From an uncultured Fibrobacterota bacterium (GTDB lineage: Bacteria; Fibrobacterota; Chitinivibrionia; Chitinivibrionales; FEN-1185), in NCBI GenBank assembly GCA_963729895.1, contig CAVSQB010000005.1, positions 377,943 to 441,942 of the forward strand: DNA of 64,000 nt. The letters run 5' to 3'. The stretch's first letter is position 1, and each line of letters begins with the position of its first letter. This document shows, piece by piece, positions 38,689 to 48,721 of the stretch. Below the pieces are notes generated by a model. It was not told the origin of the DNA. It saw nothing but the letters and a program-made list of their open reading frames with translations, and ran no database searches. A program made the position numbers and the translations under genes.

Positions 38689-40938
38689 TTAAGGCGGAGA
38701 CAAAATTACCGGCTGGTCCCGGTTGATTTTCATGACCGCCGTAACGGTTTTCCAGGGCACGTCCATGTTGTCAAAGCGTTCGTGCAGGAGCTTCCGCAGT
38801 TCGTCGTGGGACGCGTGCCCGAAATGTTCGGCGAACCTCGCGCCCAGCGATTTTCTCCCGTCCTCTCCGGGCGGCCGGAACCAATGGTCGATGAGGCCAG
38901 GGCTCATGCGCCTGCGCAAGGAATTCTCCACGACCCGGCTCTGGAACGCGCAGCCAAACGCCGCTCTGCACCCTTCTTCGAGGAGCTCCGGGGTCCAATT
39001 GACAAGGGGGTCGTTTGCATCGGCGAACAGCAGTTCCTCCTCTTCCGCCAGTTGCCGCGCGGGCGTGCGGTCCGAAACGGACGGCGGCAGCAGCGCAAAG
39101 AGCCGCTGTCCCAGCGCGTGGACCGTTTCCGCAAGAACGATGCAGCCGGCCGCGGAAGTAAGGCCGAGCGCTTTGCCTACGATCGCGACTTTGTCTTCCC
39201 TGCCCGCCAGAATGTTCCTGCCGACAAGCGCGTCAAAGGACACGGTGTCGCCCGCGGCCTTCCGGAGGTCCGCGTCAAATGTTGACAATGAGGAGCGCAG
39301 CACCGTGGGCCTGCGCAGGAGATCGTACTGCGCGGCCATGGTCTTCACGGTTTCGAATTCCTGCTCGTCGTGGGCGATGGCCCACACGCCGCCCTCGACA
39401 GCGCGCCTGAGCGCTTCGAACGTGAGGAGCCCCGTCCGGGTATGGAGGTCGAGGACAAGGCTGTCCCGCCGCACCTGTGCAGTCTCGAAGATCCTGTCGC
39501 GCAAGTCTGACAGCGCGTCGCCCGAGACCGTCCGGTTCAGCCAGCGCTGTCGCGCGGGTGGAGACCGGGTCGCGCCTCCGCCGCCGTCTTGCGGAACGTC
39601 ATCGTCCCGTGCCATGGCCTCGACCATCGCCTCGCGCAGGCGCGTGACACGCAGTCCGATTTCCTTCTCATATCCCATGTTCGAGGGCTGGTAAAACAGC
39701 TTTCCTTGCAAGGCCGGCGGAAGATATTGCTGCGCCACCCAGTGGTCGCGGAACGCGTGCGGATACAGGTATCCTTCGCCATGCCCGAAGCCTTCCTTGT
39801 CGCGTGAGGAATCCTGCAGGTGGCCCGGCACATCGTCTTCCGTTTCCGCGGACACGGAAGCGAGCGCGTCGAAAAATGCCATGGACGAATTGCTCTTCGG
39901 CGCGGTGGCGAGGTACAGGCACGCATGGGCCAGGTGATACCGGCCCTCGGGAAGCCCGACATAGTCGAAGGCGCGGGTCGCGTCCATCACCACCGAAAGC
40001 GCATGCGGGTCGGCAAGGCCGACGTCCTCGCAGGCGAGGATGAGCATGCGCCGGAAGATGAAGCGCGGGTCTTCGCCGGCGTACACCATTTTTGCCATCC
40101 AGTAAAGGGCCGCGTCCGGGTCCGAGCCGCGTACCGATTTGATGAAGGCCGAAATGGTGTCGTAGTGCGCGTCGCCGTCCTTGTCGTAGAGCACCGCCTT
40201 CTGCTGTATGGATTCCTCCGCGACCTCCCTGGTGATCCGGATGGCGCCGTCCTCGCCCGGATTGGTGGTTTCGACGGCGAGTTCGAGCGCGTTGAGAACG
40301 CCGCGCGCGTCGCCGTTTGCCGTCTGCACGAGATGATCGAGCGCATCGCCGTCGATGGTCACGGCGCGGGCGCCGAACCCGCGCTCCTTGTCGGCGAGCG
40401 CTGCGGCCGCGACGGCCCGAAGGTCGTTGTGGGTGAGCGTCTTGAGCTGGAAGATGCGCGAGCGCGACACAAGCGCCTTGTTCACCTCAAAGTACGGGTT
40501 TTCGGTGGTGGCGCCGATAAGGATGAGGACGCCGTTTTCCACGTGGGGAAGAAGCGCGTCCTGCTGCGCCTTGTTGAAGCGGTGCACCTCGTCGACAAAC
40601 AATATCGTCCGCTTGCCGTAGAGAGAAAGGGTCTGTTGTGCGCTGTCGATTGCTTCGCGGATTTCCTTGACTCCTGCGAGTACCGCGTTGATCGACAAAA
40701 ACTGCGCCTTGGTGGTGTGGGCGATGATGCGCGCCAGCGTTGTCTTGCCCGTGCCGGGAGGACCGTAGAAGATGAGGCTGGAAAGCTGGTCTACCTGTAT
40801 GGCCCGGCGGAGGAGCCGGCCCGGCCCGATGATATGGTCCTGGCCGAAGAACTCGTCGAGCGTGCGCGGACGCATGCGGTCGGCGAGCGGAGCGTTTGCG
40901 GCGAGTAAGTCGTCGCCTCGTTTTTCAAAGAGGTCCAT
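38689..40938 (-). CDS. rarA: Replication-associated recombination protein A (MgsA/RarA) with long C-terminal extension
   Basis: PLADRMRP, GPPGTGKT, DEVHRFNKAQQDALLP, ISAFIKSVRGSDPDA, YLYPH. Confidence 0.9.
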   Translation of the reverse strand: MDLFEKRGDDLLAANAPLADRMRPRTLDEFFGQDHIIGPGRLLRRAIQVDQLSSLIFYGPPGTGKTTLARIIAHTTKAQFLSINAVLAGVKEIREAIDSAQQTLSLYGKRTILFVDEVHRFNKAQQDALLPHVENGVLILIGATTENPYFEVNKALVSRSRIFQLKTLTHNDLRAVAAAALADKERGFGARAVTIDGDALDHLVQTANGDARGVLNALELAVETTNPGEDGAIRITREVAEESIQQKAVLYDKDGDAHYDTISAFIKSVRGSDPDAALYWMAKMVYAGEDPRFIFRRMLILACEDVGLADPHALSVVMDATRAFDYVGLPEGRYHLAHACLYLATAPKSNSSMAFFDALASVSAETEDDVPGHLQDSSRDKEGFGHGEGYLYPHAFRDHWVAQQYLPPALQGKLFYQPSNMGYEKEIGLRVTRLREAMVEAMARDDDVPQDGGGGATRSPPARQRWLNRTVSGDALSDLRDRIFETAQVRRDSLVLDLHTRTGLLTFEALRRAVEGGVWAIAHDEQEFETVKTMAAQYDLLRRPTVLRSSLSTFDADLRKAAGDTVSFDALVGRNILAGREDKVAIVGKALGLTSAAGCIVLAETVHALGQRLFALLPPSVSDRTPARQLAEEEELLFADANDPLVNWTPELLEEGCRAAFGCAFQSRVVENSLRRRMSPGLIDHWFRPPGEDGRKSLGARFAEHFGHASHDELRKLLHERFDNMDVPWKTVTAVMKINRDQPVILSPP

Positions 40939-41144
40939 AATCGCCCTGTGATTCTACGGTGCTGGAAAGGCCGAACTCCATCAACGGTACAAAATACATT
41001 GGGGTGACCGGCAGTCTTTCGGGCGTGGACCGTAACGTGCGACGGTGTGATCGAAATCACATCGCGGTTGTCCGTCGGTTCATTATTTTGTATTTTCACA
41101 ATCGAAGGCTCACTGCCAAACGGCATAACCCGAATAGTTCCACC

Positions 41145-42482
41145 ATGAGCGCAACCCAATCGAATCGCGAAAACAGGATCCGCAACGATGTGCTCAAGCT
41201 CCTGTACGCCACCATGCTGGTGGAACTGTCCGCCGGACAGGTAAAGGAGTTCTGGCAGCGCCGGCCGCTCAAGGACGGATCGACCGTGCTGAAAGACGCC
41301 GAGTTGCTCCGGCATATCTGGGATGAAAGCAAGCATGTCGACCTCGCGTACATGATGTCGGTGCTCAATGCGGTTGAGCCTTTTCTCGTTTCGCAGGGTA
41401 TCCCCACCTTAAGATTTGTCGACAAGCTTATTGCCGGCCTCAACAAGGGAGCAATGATAGGGGTGGGGCCGATTCTCGGCGCCATGGCGCCGTTCTTGCG
41501 GTTCCTTTTTTCCTCCAAGGATGTCCTGCATTTCGCGACAAAAAACGTGCTGCCCCACATCCTGCGCAAGATCGTGCCCTCGCTTCGTTGCCAAATGGTA
41601 AAACATGAGGCAAGGGCCGGGCGCGCGACGTCGGTTCTGCTTCTGAATTTTAACGCGTCCTCAAAGAAGGTTCTTCCGCCCTACGATCCCTATCTGTTTT
41701 TTGCACGGCCCTTGCAGCTCGGCCCGACACGGATCGGCATGGCGCCTTTGGAGGAGGTGCGTCTTTTGAGCGATGCGAGAACGCTGGATATGATTATCGA
41801 AAAGGGCCTCTTGACTTTCGACAGAAACGAGGTCCGGATAAAGGGCAGGCATGCCGGGTCTGTTGTAGGATTTTACGAGCACTGCAGGCGGCACGGGATA
41901 TCTTTGCAGGGACTCGATGTACCCGACAAGCGGGTGGTTGAAATCTTGGAAAGCTACGTATGCCCGGTCCGAAATCGCGAAGTGCTTTCCCGTGGATGCG
42001 TGTACGGGGCGCCCATTTGCCTTGTGGGCTTTACCTATAAGGTTAAGCCTCAGCCGACCGAACATTTCCTGACGCCGATCATCCACGAGAGCCTTTCCGG
42101 AAAGAACGAGGAATGGCAGCTGGCATGCGAGAGGCACGCGGGGCTTGTGCGGGAGCTCGAGCGCAGGATTGTGTTCGTGTTCCACCGGTCGGACGAGACC
42201 GTTTCGGTCGACGGCCGGCGCCTGGTGAAGTCCGCCCCGGCGCTTATCCTTGCGGATATCGTGCGAAAGCACGTGTCTACGGGGAAAGTCGATTTCACGA
42301 ACAGGGATTTTACTTGCAACGGGAACGGGTCCGCCGGTATTGTGCCCGAGAACTTCTCCCTTCGCCTGCAGAGGCTCTCGGCGATCTTGTCGGAGAAGTT
42401 CCCCGAAGTCGGCATTGTCAAGACAGGGCGCGGGCAGTTCAGGTTCCGCGCGCCGTGCAGGGTGGAGCTGGAAGAGGCGTAG
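41145..42482 (+). CDS. Hypothetical protein with putative C-terminal winged-HTH
   Basis: Long ORF filling the rarA-ffh gap; tail 'ALILADIVR...FTNRDF...NFSLRLQRLSAILSEK...IVKTGRGQFRF'; start uncertain. Confidence 0.6.
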   Translation: MSATQSNRENRIRNDVLKLLYATMLVELSAGQVKEFWQRRPLKDGSTVLKDAELLRHIWDESKHVDLAYMMSVLNAVEPFLVSQGIPTLRFVDKLIAGLNKGAMIGVGPILGAMAPFLRFLFSSKDVLHFATKNVLPHILRKIVPSLRCQMVKHEARAGRATSVLLLNFNASSKKVLPPYDPYLFFARPLQLGPTRIGMAPLEEVRLLSDARTLDMIIEKGLLTFDRNEVRIKGRHAGSVVGFYEHCRRHGISLQGLDVPDKRVVEILESYVCPVRNREVLSRGCVYGAPICLVGFTYKVKPQPTEHFLTPIIHESLSGKNEEWQLACERHAGLVRELERRIVFVFHRSDETVSVDGRRLVKSAPALILADIVRKHVSTGKVDFTNRDFTCNGNGSAGIVPENFSLRLQRLSAILSEKFPEVGIVKTGRGQFRFRAPCRVELEEA

Positions 42483-42620
42483 GTCCCGCGTGGAGCTTAT
42501 TTTCCCCATTACCTTGTCCAAAATAGCCTGCAGGAATTATCTTTACTTACTTTTGCGTCTTTCCGTCCCCAAGGAAAACCCCCCGGCGCGCACGGGCGCG
42601 CCGGGGAGGGAGAACGTGGT

Positions 42621-43955
42621 ATGTTTGAAGAACTCACAAACAGATTCGATTCGATTTTCAAGAAGATCCGCGGCCAGGGCAAGATTTCCGGTGAGAACAT
42701 CGCCGAGGCCATGCGGGATGTCAAGCGGGCGCTGCTTGAGGCTGATGTCAATTACAAGGTCGTCAAGAAGCTTGTGGCCGACGTCACCGAAAAGGCGCTG
42801 GGCTCCGACATTCTTTCGAGCATCACGCCGGGCCAGCAGTTTGTCAAGGTCGTGTACGACGAGTTGACCGCGCTCATGGGCGGGAACGCCCGGCAGATCC
42901 GGTTTCACACCAACCGTCTCAATGTCGTGGCGCTGGCGGGCCTGCAGGGCTCCGGAAAGACCACCACGGCCGCGAAGCTTGCGCTGTACTACAGGAAACA
43001 GGGCCACCGCCCGCTCCTTATTGCCTGCGACACGCACCGCGCCGCAGCCATCGACCAGCTCGAAACGCTCGGGAAGTCGCTCGATATCCCCGTCTTTTCC
43101 GACCGGTCAAAATCTCCCCTGGAAATCTGCAACGAGGGACTGGCCTTTGCGCGGAGCGAAGGGATTTCGCTTGCCGTGGTGGACACGGCCGGCCGGCTCC
43201 ACATTGACGCCGAAATGATGGCCGAGCTCAAGAACCTGTGCGCCGCGGCCGGTCCGGATGAGATTTTTTTCGTTGCCGACGCCATGGCCGGCCAGGATGC
43301 GGTCAACGTTGCGGCCGAGTTCTCCAAGGAAATCAAGTTCTCCGGCGTGATCCTCACGAAAATGGACGGTGATGCGCGGGGAGGCGCCGCGCTCTCGATT
43401 CTCGGCGCGGGCGGCGTGCCGATCCAGTTTATCGGCGTAGGTGAGAAACCCGACGGACTGGAGCTTTTCCACCCCGAGCGCATGGCATCGCGCATTCTGG
43501 GCATGGGCGACATAGTGTCGCTTGTTGAAAAGGCCCAGGAAAACTTCGACAGTGACAAAAGCAAAAAACTCGAAAAGAAATTCAGGAAGAGCACGTTTTC
43601 CCTGCAGGATTTTCTCGATCAACTTCGCCAGGTCAAGAAAATGGGACCGCTGTCCGACCTGCTTGCCATGATCCCGGGCGTGGGCAGCCAGCTCTCGGGC
43701 GCCGAAGTCGACGACAAAGCGCTGTCCCGGATTGAGGCCATGATCTGCTCCATGACCGTGGAAGAGCGCGAGCGGCCCGTCATCATCGACGGCAACCGCC
43801 GGCGGAGGATAAGCGTTGGCAGCGGCACCACCGTGCAGGACATCAACAAGTTGCTCAAGCAGTTCGATTCCATGAAGACCATGATGAAACGTATGAACAA
43901 GATCGGCTCCAAGCGCGGGCAGACCGCGGCGCTCAAGAGCATGTTCCCCTATTGA
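42621..43955 (+). CDS. ffh: Signal recognition particle protein
   Basis: ALLEADV, GLQGSGKTT, DTAGR, TKMDGDARGG, M domain. Confidence 0.97.
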   Translation: MFEELTNRFDSIFKKIRGQGKISGENIAEAMRDVKRALLEADVNYKVVKKLVADVTEKALGSDILSSITPGQQFVKVVYDELTALMGGNARQIRFHTNRLNVVALAGLQGSGKTTTAAKLALYYRKQGHRPLLIACDTHRAAAIDQLETLGKSLDIPVFSDRSKSPLEICNEGLAFARSEGISLAVVDTAGRLHIDAEMMAELKNLCAAAGPDEIFFVADAMAGQDAVNVAAEFSKEIKFSGVILTKMDGDARGGAALSILGAGGVPIQFIGVGEKPDGLELFHPERMASRILGMGDIVSLVEKAQENFDSDKSKKLEKKFRKSTFSLQDFLDQLRQVKKMGPLSDLLAMIPGVGSQLSGAEVDDKALSRIEAMICSMTVEERERPVIIDGNRRRRISVGSGTTVQDINKLLKQFDSMKTMMKRMNKIGSKRGQTAALKSMFPY

Positions 43956-44012
43956 TATAAAGGAAGCAGCCCTGGATAATCAGTTTCACCATTTACCACG
44001 GAGGAGTATCTT

Positions 44013-44390
44013 TTGTCAGTAAAAATCCGTTTGGCCAGAGTAGGACGCAGAAACGTGTCCCGGTTTCGCGTGGTGGCAATCGACGGCCGCACCCAGCGTG
44101 ACGGCAAGTTTCTGGAGGTGCTCGGCACGTACAATCCGCAGGCGACTCCAAAACAATTTACCATGAATTCGGAGCGCATCGCTTTTTGGATCGAAAAGGG
44201 CGCCGAGGTCTCGGAAACCGTTCACAACCTGCTCAAGCAGGACCGGCATTTCGAGAAGATGGAGGGGAAGAAGAAGGGCTTGGGCCTCGAGACCATGAAT
44301 CTTGAGCGCCTGCCGGAACGCAAGCGGAAGCCGAAGAACACCGGCAAAAAGAAGAACAAGGAAGAAGCGCCCAAGCCGGCAGCTGCATGA
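44013..44390 (+). CDS. rpsP: 30S ribosomal protein S16
   Basis: VKIRLARVG, RDGKFLEVLGTYNP; TTG start behind GGAGGAG. Confidence 0.95.
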   Translation: MSVKIRLARVGRRNVSRFRVVAIDGRTQRDGKFLEVLGTYNPQATPKQFTMNSERIAFWIEKGAEVSETVHNLLKQDRHFEKMEGKKKGLGLETMNLERLPERKRKPKNTGKKKNKEEAPKPAAA

Positions 44391-44956
44391 GTTCTGAACT
44401 GCGCGCCGAAGGCACGCCGCCCCCGTCGCCTGCACAAGCAGCGGATATGGTGGCGATCGGCGTCATTCGGCGGCCCGTCGGTCTCAAGGGGCAATGCTAT
44501 GTGGACGCTTTCGGCAAGACGCTGCCCGGCCTTGTTCCGCCCGTTCGGCTCTGGGGAGGCAGCGCCCCGTCGAAGGTGCGAGAAATTGCTTTGAGGGAAA
44601 TGCGGTCGGGCCCGAGGGGACTTGTTTGCAAATTCGAAGGGTTCGACGACATGGATGCCGCGGGTGCGCTTCGCGGGTGGTATCTGTTCTGCGGCCGCGA
44701 GAAGCTGCCGCCCCTCCCGCCGGGGAGCCATTATCATTTCGAGCTCGAAGGGCTCACGGTTATCGCTGCGGAATCCGGACGCGCCGTCGGCATTGTGTCC
44801 GCGGTGCAGAGCTATCCGGCGGCCGACGCGCTGGAAGTTAGAAAAGAAGACGGTTCAACGATCCTTGTTTCCATGACGCCGGGAACGATGCCGGCCGTGG
44901 ATACCGAGCGCGGCACCATCGCGATTTCCGAATCCGCTCTCGAAGAAATTCTGTAA
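44387..44956 (+). CDS. rimM: Ribosome maturation factor RimM
   Basis: IG.I..PVGLKG, HYHFELEG, position between rpsP and trmD. Confidence 0.9.
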   Translation: MSSELRAEGTPPPSPAQAADMVAIGVIRRPVGLKGQCYVDAFGKTLPGLVPPVRLWGGSAPSKVREIALREMRSGPRGLVCKFEGFDDMDAAGALRGWYLFCGREKLPPLPPGSHYHFELEGLTVIAAESGRAVGIVSAVQSYPAADALEVRKEDGSTILVSMTPGTMPAVDTERGTIAISESALEEIL

Positions 44957-44979
44957 CATCCATTCCGGGTGCCGCACCG

Positions 44980-45678
44980 ATGTTCTTTGAGATACTCACC
45001 TTGTTTCCCTCGATGTTTGACGGCCCGTTTTCGGACAGCATCATCAGGCGGGCGGTCGAGAAGGGTCTTGTATCGATACGGTTCGTCAACTTCAGGGACT
45101 TTACGGACGATAAACACCGTACCGTCGACGATTCGCCGTACGGCGGCGATCCCGGCATGCTGCTCAAACCCGAGCCGCTGGCAAAGGCCATAACGGCAAG
45201 CAGGGAACGGCTGGCCGCGCAGTCGCCCGCAACAGTGTGCCTTTCGGCCCAGGGCGCGCCGCTCACGCATGAGGTGGTGGAATCGCTCTCCAGGGAGCAA
45301 TCGCTCATCCTGGTGTGCGGCCGGTACAAAGGAATCGACCAGCGCATCATAGACAAATACGTCGACCGGGAAGTATCGGTGGGCGATTACGTGCTTTCGG
45401 GCGGCGAAATACCGGCAATGATCGTCGTGGAAGCAGTGACGAGGCTCATTCCCGGCGTTTTAGGAAACAGCGAGAGCGCCGGCAGGGATTCCTTTTTCAA
45501 GGGGCTCTTGTCGCCGCCCCAGTACACGAGGCCCGAAGTATTCGAGGGGATGAAAGTGCCGGAGGTGCTGTTGTCCGGCCATCACGAGAACATCAGGAAG
45601 TGGCAGGAAGAACAAGCCGCCAAGTTGACGCAGGAGCGCAGGCCGGATTTGTGGAAGAAATATAGAGAAAAGTTGTAA
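44980..45678 (+). CDS. trmD: tRNA (guanine-N1)-methyltransferase
   Basis: VDDSPYGG, CGRYKGIDQR, GDYVLSGGE, YTRP, LLSGHH. Confidence 0.97.
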   Translation: MFFEILTLFPSMFDGPFSDSIIRRAVEKGLVSIRFVNFRDFTDDKHRTVDDSPYGGDPGMLLKPEPLAKAITASRERLAAQSPATVCLSAQGAPLTHEVVESLSREQSLILVCGRYKGIDQRIIDKYVDREVSVGDYVLSGGEIPAMIVVEAVTRLIPGVLGNSESAGRDSFFKGLLSPPQYTRPEVFEGMKVPEVLLSGHHENIRKWQEEQAAKLTQERRPDLWKKYREKL

Positions 45679-45799
45679 GTTGACATAAGATAACGGACGT
45701 CTTGGAGTGATTTGAATCGCTGATTCCAAAGAAACGGCGATGGATCGCTCATGCAAGCTTCCGCCGTGGATTAATGAAGGGATAGTGATTCTTGTTTTT

Positions 45800-45943
45800 G
45801 CGTTAGGTGGACCGGAAGGTGCGCTGGAGCGCAGTGCCGCCTGACCCCGGCCCCGCAGGGGGGCCACAGGGGGCAGTGCGGCACCGAGGCCTATGGGCTG
45901 AGCCTGGAGGGAGACCGACCTGAGCGAAGCGAGGGTAACGCCC
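45800..45943. repeat. GC-rich palindromic REP/MITE-like element in the trmD-rplS spacer
   Basis: GCGTTA...TAACGC ends; inner stems GTGCCGC/GCGGCAC and GGCCCC/GGGGCC; CCGACCTGAGCGAAGCGAGGG motif. Confidence 0.5.
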
Positions 45944-45997
45944 AGATTTGATCAGAGAAATCTATTAGTTCTTTACAATAATAACCAGGAGGTAATC

Positions 45998-46351
45998 GTG
46001 CAGGGACTGCAGGAGATCATCAAGCAGGCGGAAAAGAAATATGTTTCCAAGAATGCCACCGACTTTATGCCGGGTGACACCGTATCGGTGTCGCTGCGGA
46101 TTCTGGAAGGGGACAAGGAGCGGCTTCAGGCGTTTTCCGGCGTCGTTGTCCAAAAACGCGGAAGCGGAATGGGCAAGACCTTCACCCTTCGCAAAGCATC
46201 GGGCAGCGTGTACGTTGAGCGGACGTTTCCGCTTCACTCGCCGCTTGTGTCCGAAATCAAAGTGGTTCGGAGGGGAAGCGTACGAAGGGCGAAGCTCTTC
46301 TACCTTCGCGCCATGAGCGGCAAGTCGACCCGGATCAAGGAAAAGAAGTAA
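45998..46351 (+). CDS. rplS: 50S ribosomal protein L19
   Basis: PGDTV, ERLQAFSG, TFTLRK, VERTFPLHSP, VRRAKLFYLR. Confidence 0.97.
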   Translation: MQGLQEIIKQAEKKYVSKNATDFMPGDTVSVSLRILEGDKERLQAFSGVVVQKRGSGMGKTFTLRKASGSVYVERTFPLHSPLVSEIKVVRRGSVRRAKLFYLRAMSGKSTRIKEKK

Positions 46352-46585
46352 TCTCGTTTCATTGATTTCTTGACGTTATGTCTTAGAGAGAAGATAGCAG
46401 TATCTTCTCTTTTTTTTCGATGGTGCGGAGAGCGGTGGAGGCTCGGGACGAGGAAGGCCGATCGATCCACGGGCCGGTATCCCGGCTCCTTTGCCGAAGA
46501 ACGAAATAGAACCTCCGAGAAGTGTTGAAATCTATTTTTAGAAAGGGATTCAACTCGTTCCGCCAACCAAGGGAGGACAAAACAC

Positions 46586-47422
46586 ATGGCGATCAAAACC
46601 GAATGGGTGCGCTACGGCGAATGTTCGGGTTATCTGGCATGGCCCGAAACGGCACGCACACCGCTGCCCGCGGTACTTGTCATTCAGGAATTGTGGGGGG
46701 TCGATTCGCATATCCAGGATGTCGCGCGGCGTTTCGCCGGAGCCGGATACGCGGCGCTCGCTGTGGATCTTTATGCAAAAGGAGGGGCCCGGCCGTCCGC
46801 CCTGAGCCAGGAGCGTATCCAGGAGACCGTTTCGTTCACAAGTCGGATTCCGCCTTCGGCATGGGCGGACCCCGCGCTCCGTGAATCGGAATTGCTCAAG
46901 CTGCCCGAGCCTCAACAGACCAACACACGGGAAACGATTGCGACCCTTTTCGCCGGCATGAGTGCGGGCGCTGCGCGCCTGGACCGGTATATCGATCCTC
47001 TCAAGCAATCGGTGCGTTATTTGCGCCATGAATGTTCCCTCAGCCTTGGCCGGAAGGTGGCGTCCGTGGGCTTCTGCATGGGTGGAGGTCTTTCGGCGCT
47101 CCTGGCATGCCACGACGAGGAACTTTCGGGCGCCGTCATGTTTTACGGCAGTTCCCCTGCCGCCGATCTCATTCCCCGCATCGCGTGTCCCATTCTCGGG
47201 TTCTACGGAAGTCTCGACGCACGGGTCAATGCAACCCTTCCCGGTTTCCTTGAAGCCATGAAGAATGCGGGCAAACAATTTGAACATCACACGTACGAGG
47301 GAGCGTACCATAGTTTCTTCAATGACGGGCGCCAGTCGTACAATGTCGACGCGGCGCGCGACGCCTTTCTCCGCACACTTGGTTTCTTTGAACAAAGGCT
47401 TGTCAAAGGCGCTGAGGTTTAA
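46586..47422 (+). CDS. Dienelactone hydrolase family protein
   Basis: VIQELWG, GFCMGG nucleophile, YEGAYHSFFND. Confidence 0.9.
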   Translation: MAIKTEWVRYGECSGYLAWPETARTPLPAVLVIQELWGVDSHIQDVARRFAGAGYAALAVDLYAKGGARPSALSQERIQETVSFTSRIPPSAWADPALRESELLKLPEPQQTNTRETIATLFAGMSAGAARLDRYIDPLKQSVRYLRHECSLSLGRKVASVGFCMGGGLSALLACHDEELSGAVMFYGSSPAADLIPRIACPILGFYGSLDARVNATLPGFLEAMKNAGKQFEHHTYEGAYHSFFNDGRQSYNVDAARDAFLRTLGFFEQRLVKGAEV

Positions 47423-47443
47423 CGTAATTGAACGGGGAGTTCG

Positions 47444-48721
47444 GTGACCGTCGACCGTGAGTGCATTGTGATGGCCAAGCCGGCCGGGCCGGAGTGCAAT
47501 CTCAAGTGCGCATACTGCTATTACGTGGGGAAGGAAAGCCTCTTTGCACAAGGACATCCCCGGCGCATGCCGGACGATCTCCTCGAAAAATACATCGCCG
47601 AACGCCTGCAAAGTTCCCCGGGCCCGGTAACCGGCTTTGAATGGCATGGCGGAGAGCCGACGCTCCTCGGACTCGATTTCTTCCGCCGGGTCGTGCAATT
47701 CCAGCGAAAACATTCTTCCGGCGGCCGCCGATTTGTCAACGGATTGCAGACAAATGGGACATTGATAGACGAAGCGTGGGCGGCCTTTTTTGCGGAGGAA
47801 AAATTCTCAATAGGCTTGAGCCTCGACGGGCCGGCGGACGTGCACGATGTCTTCCGGCGCACAAAGGGAAACGAGCCGACGCACGGCAGGGTGGTGCGGG
47901 CATTCCGCCTTTTGCGGCGCTACAACGTGCGGTGCGACATACTCTGCGTCGTGCATTCGGCCAACGTGGAATATCCTCTCGAGGTGTATCGTCATTTTAA
48001 GGAAATAGGTGCACGGTACATCCAGTTTCTTCCTCTGGTGGAACCGGTTCCCGGTTCGGCCCGCGGCGTAAGCGACAGGACCGCCCGTCCGGAGTCCATA
48101 GGAAGATTTCTAATAACGGTTTTTGACGAGTGGATCAGGACCGACCTCGGGCGCACCGTTGTCCAGATATTTGATGAAGCGTTTCGTCACGCTTGCAAAT
48201 TGCCCCACGCACTCTGCATTTTTTGTGAAACGTGCGGAAAGGTTCCCGTGCTTGAACATGACGGGCGCCTGTTTTGTTGCGATCATTACGTTGAACCCGA
48301 TCATTGCCTCGGCAACCTTTATCACAACACGCTTTCCGAACTTACCGCCGGTTCGTCTCTCATCGAATTCGGATTGCGCAAACGCGACAGCCTGCCCGAA
48401 TGTTGCACACGATGTGACATTGCGGGCTGGTGCAACGGCGGGTGTCCCAAAGACCGGATTGCGGCAGGTCCGCAAGGGGAGAAAGGATTGAACTACCTGT
48501 GCCCGGCATTCAAGGGGTTTTTCACCCACAGCCGGCCGATCATCGAGCGATTGGCGCTTCATTGGCAGGCAGGAAGGCCGCTGGAGGAGTTTTCACGAGG
48601 ATTGCGTGGGGAAAACAGGGCCGGATTTGCAGGAAGGGGCCGTAACGATCCGTGCCCCTGCGGCAGCGGCCGCAAATACAAGAAGTGTTGCGGCCGGCTT
48701 CTCGCCGCACCGCCTACTTGA
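47444..48721 (+). CDS. Radical SAM/SPASM enzyme of the anaerobic sulfatase maturase family with C-terminal SEC-C motif
   Basis: CNLKCAYCYY, WHGGEP, QTNG, SPASM cysteines (C..C....CNGGCPKDR), GRNDPCPCGSGRKYKKCC. Confidence 0.9.
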   Translation: MTVDRECIVMAKPAGPECNLKCAYCYYVGKESLFAQGHPRRMPDDLLEKYIAERLQSSPGPVTGFEWHGGEPTLLGLDFFRRVVQFQRKHSSGGRRFVNGLQTNGTLIDEAWAAFFAEEKFSIGLSLDGPADVHDVFRRTKGNEPTHGRVVRAFRLLRRYNVRCDILCVVHSANVEYPLEVYRHFKEIGARYIQFLPLVEPVPGSARGVSDRTARPESIGRFLITVFDEWIRTDLGRTVVQIFDEAFRHACKLPHALCIFCETCGKVPVLEHDGRLFCCDHYVEPDHCLGNLYHNTLSELTAGSSLIEFGLRKRDSLPECCTRCDIAGWCNGGCPKDRIAAGPQGEKGLNYLCPAFKGFFTHSRPIIERLALHWQAGRPLEEFSRGLRGENRAGFAGRGRNDPCPCGSGRKYKKCCGRLLAAPPT

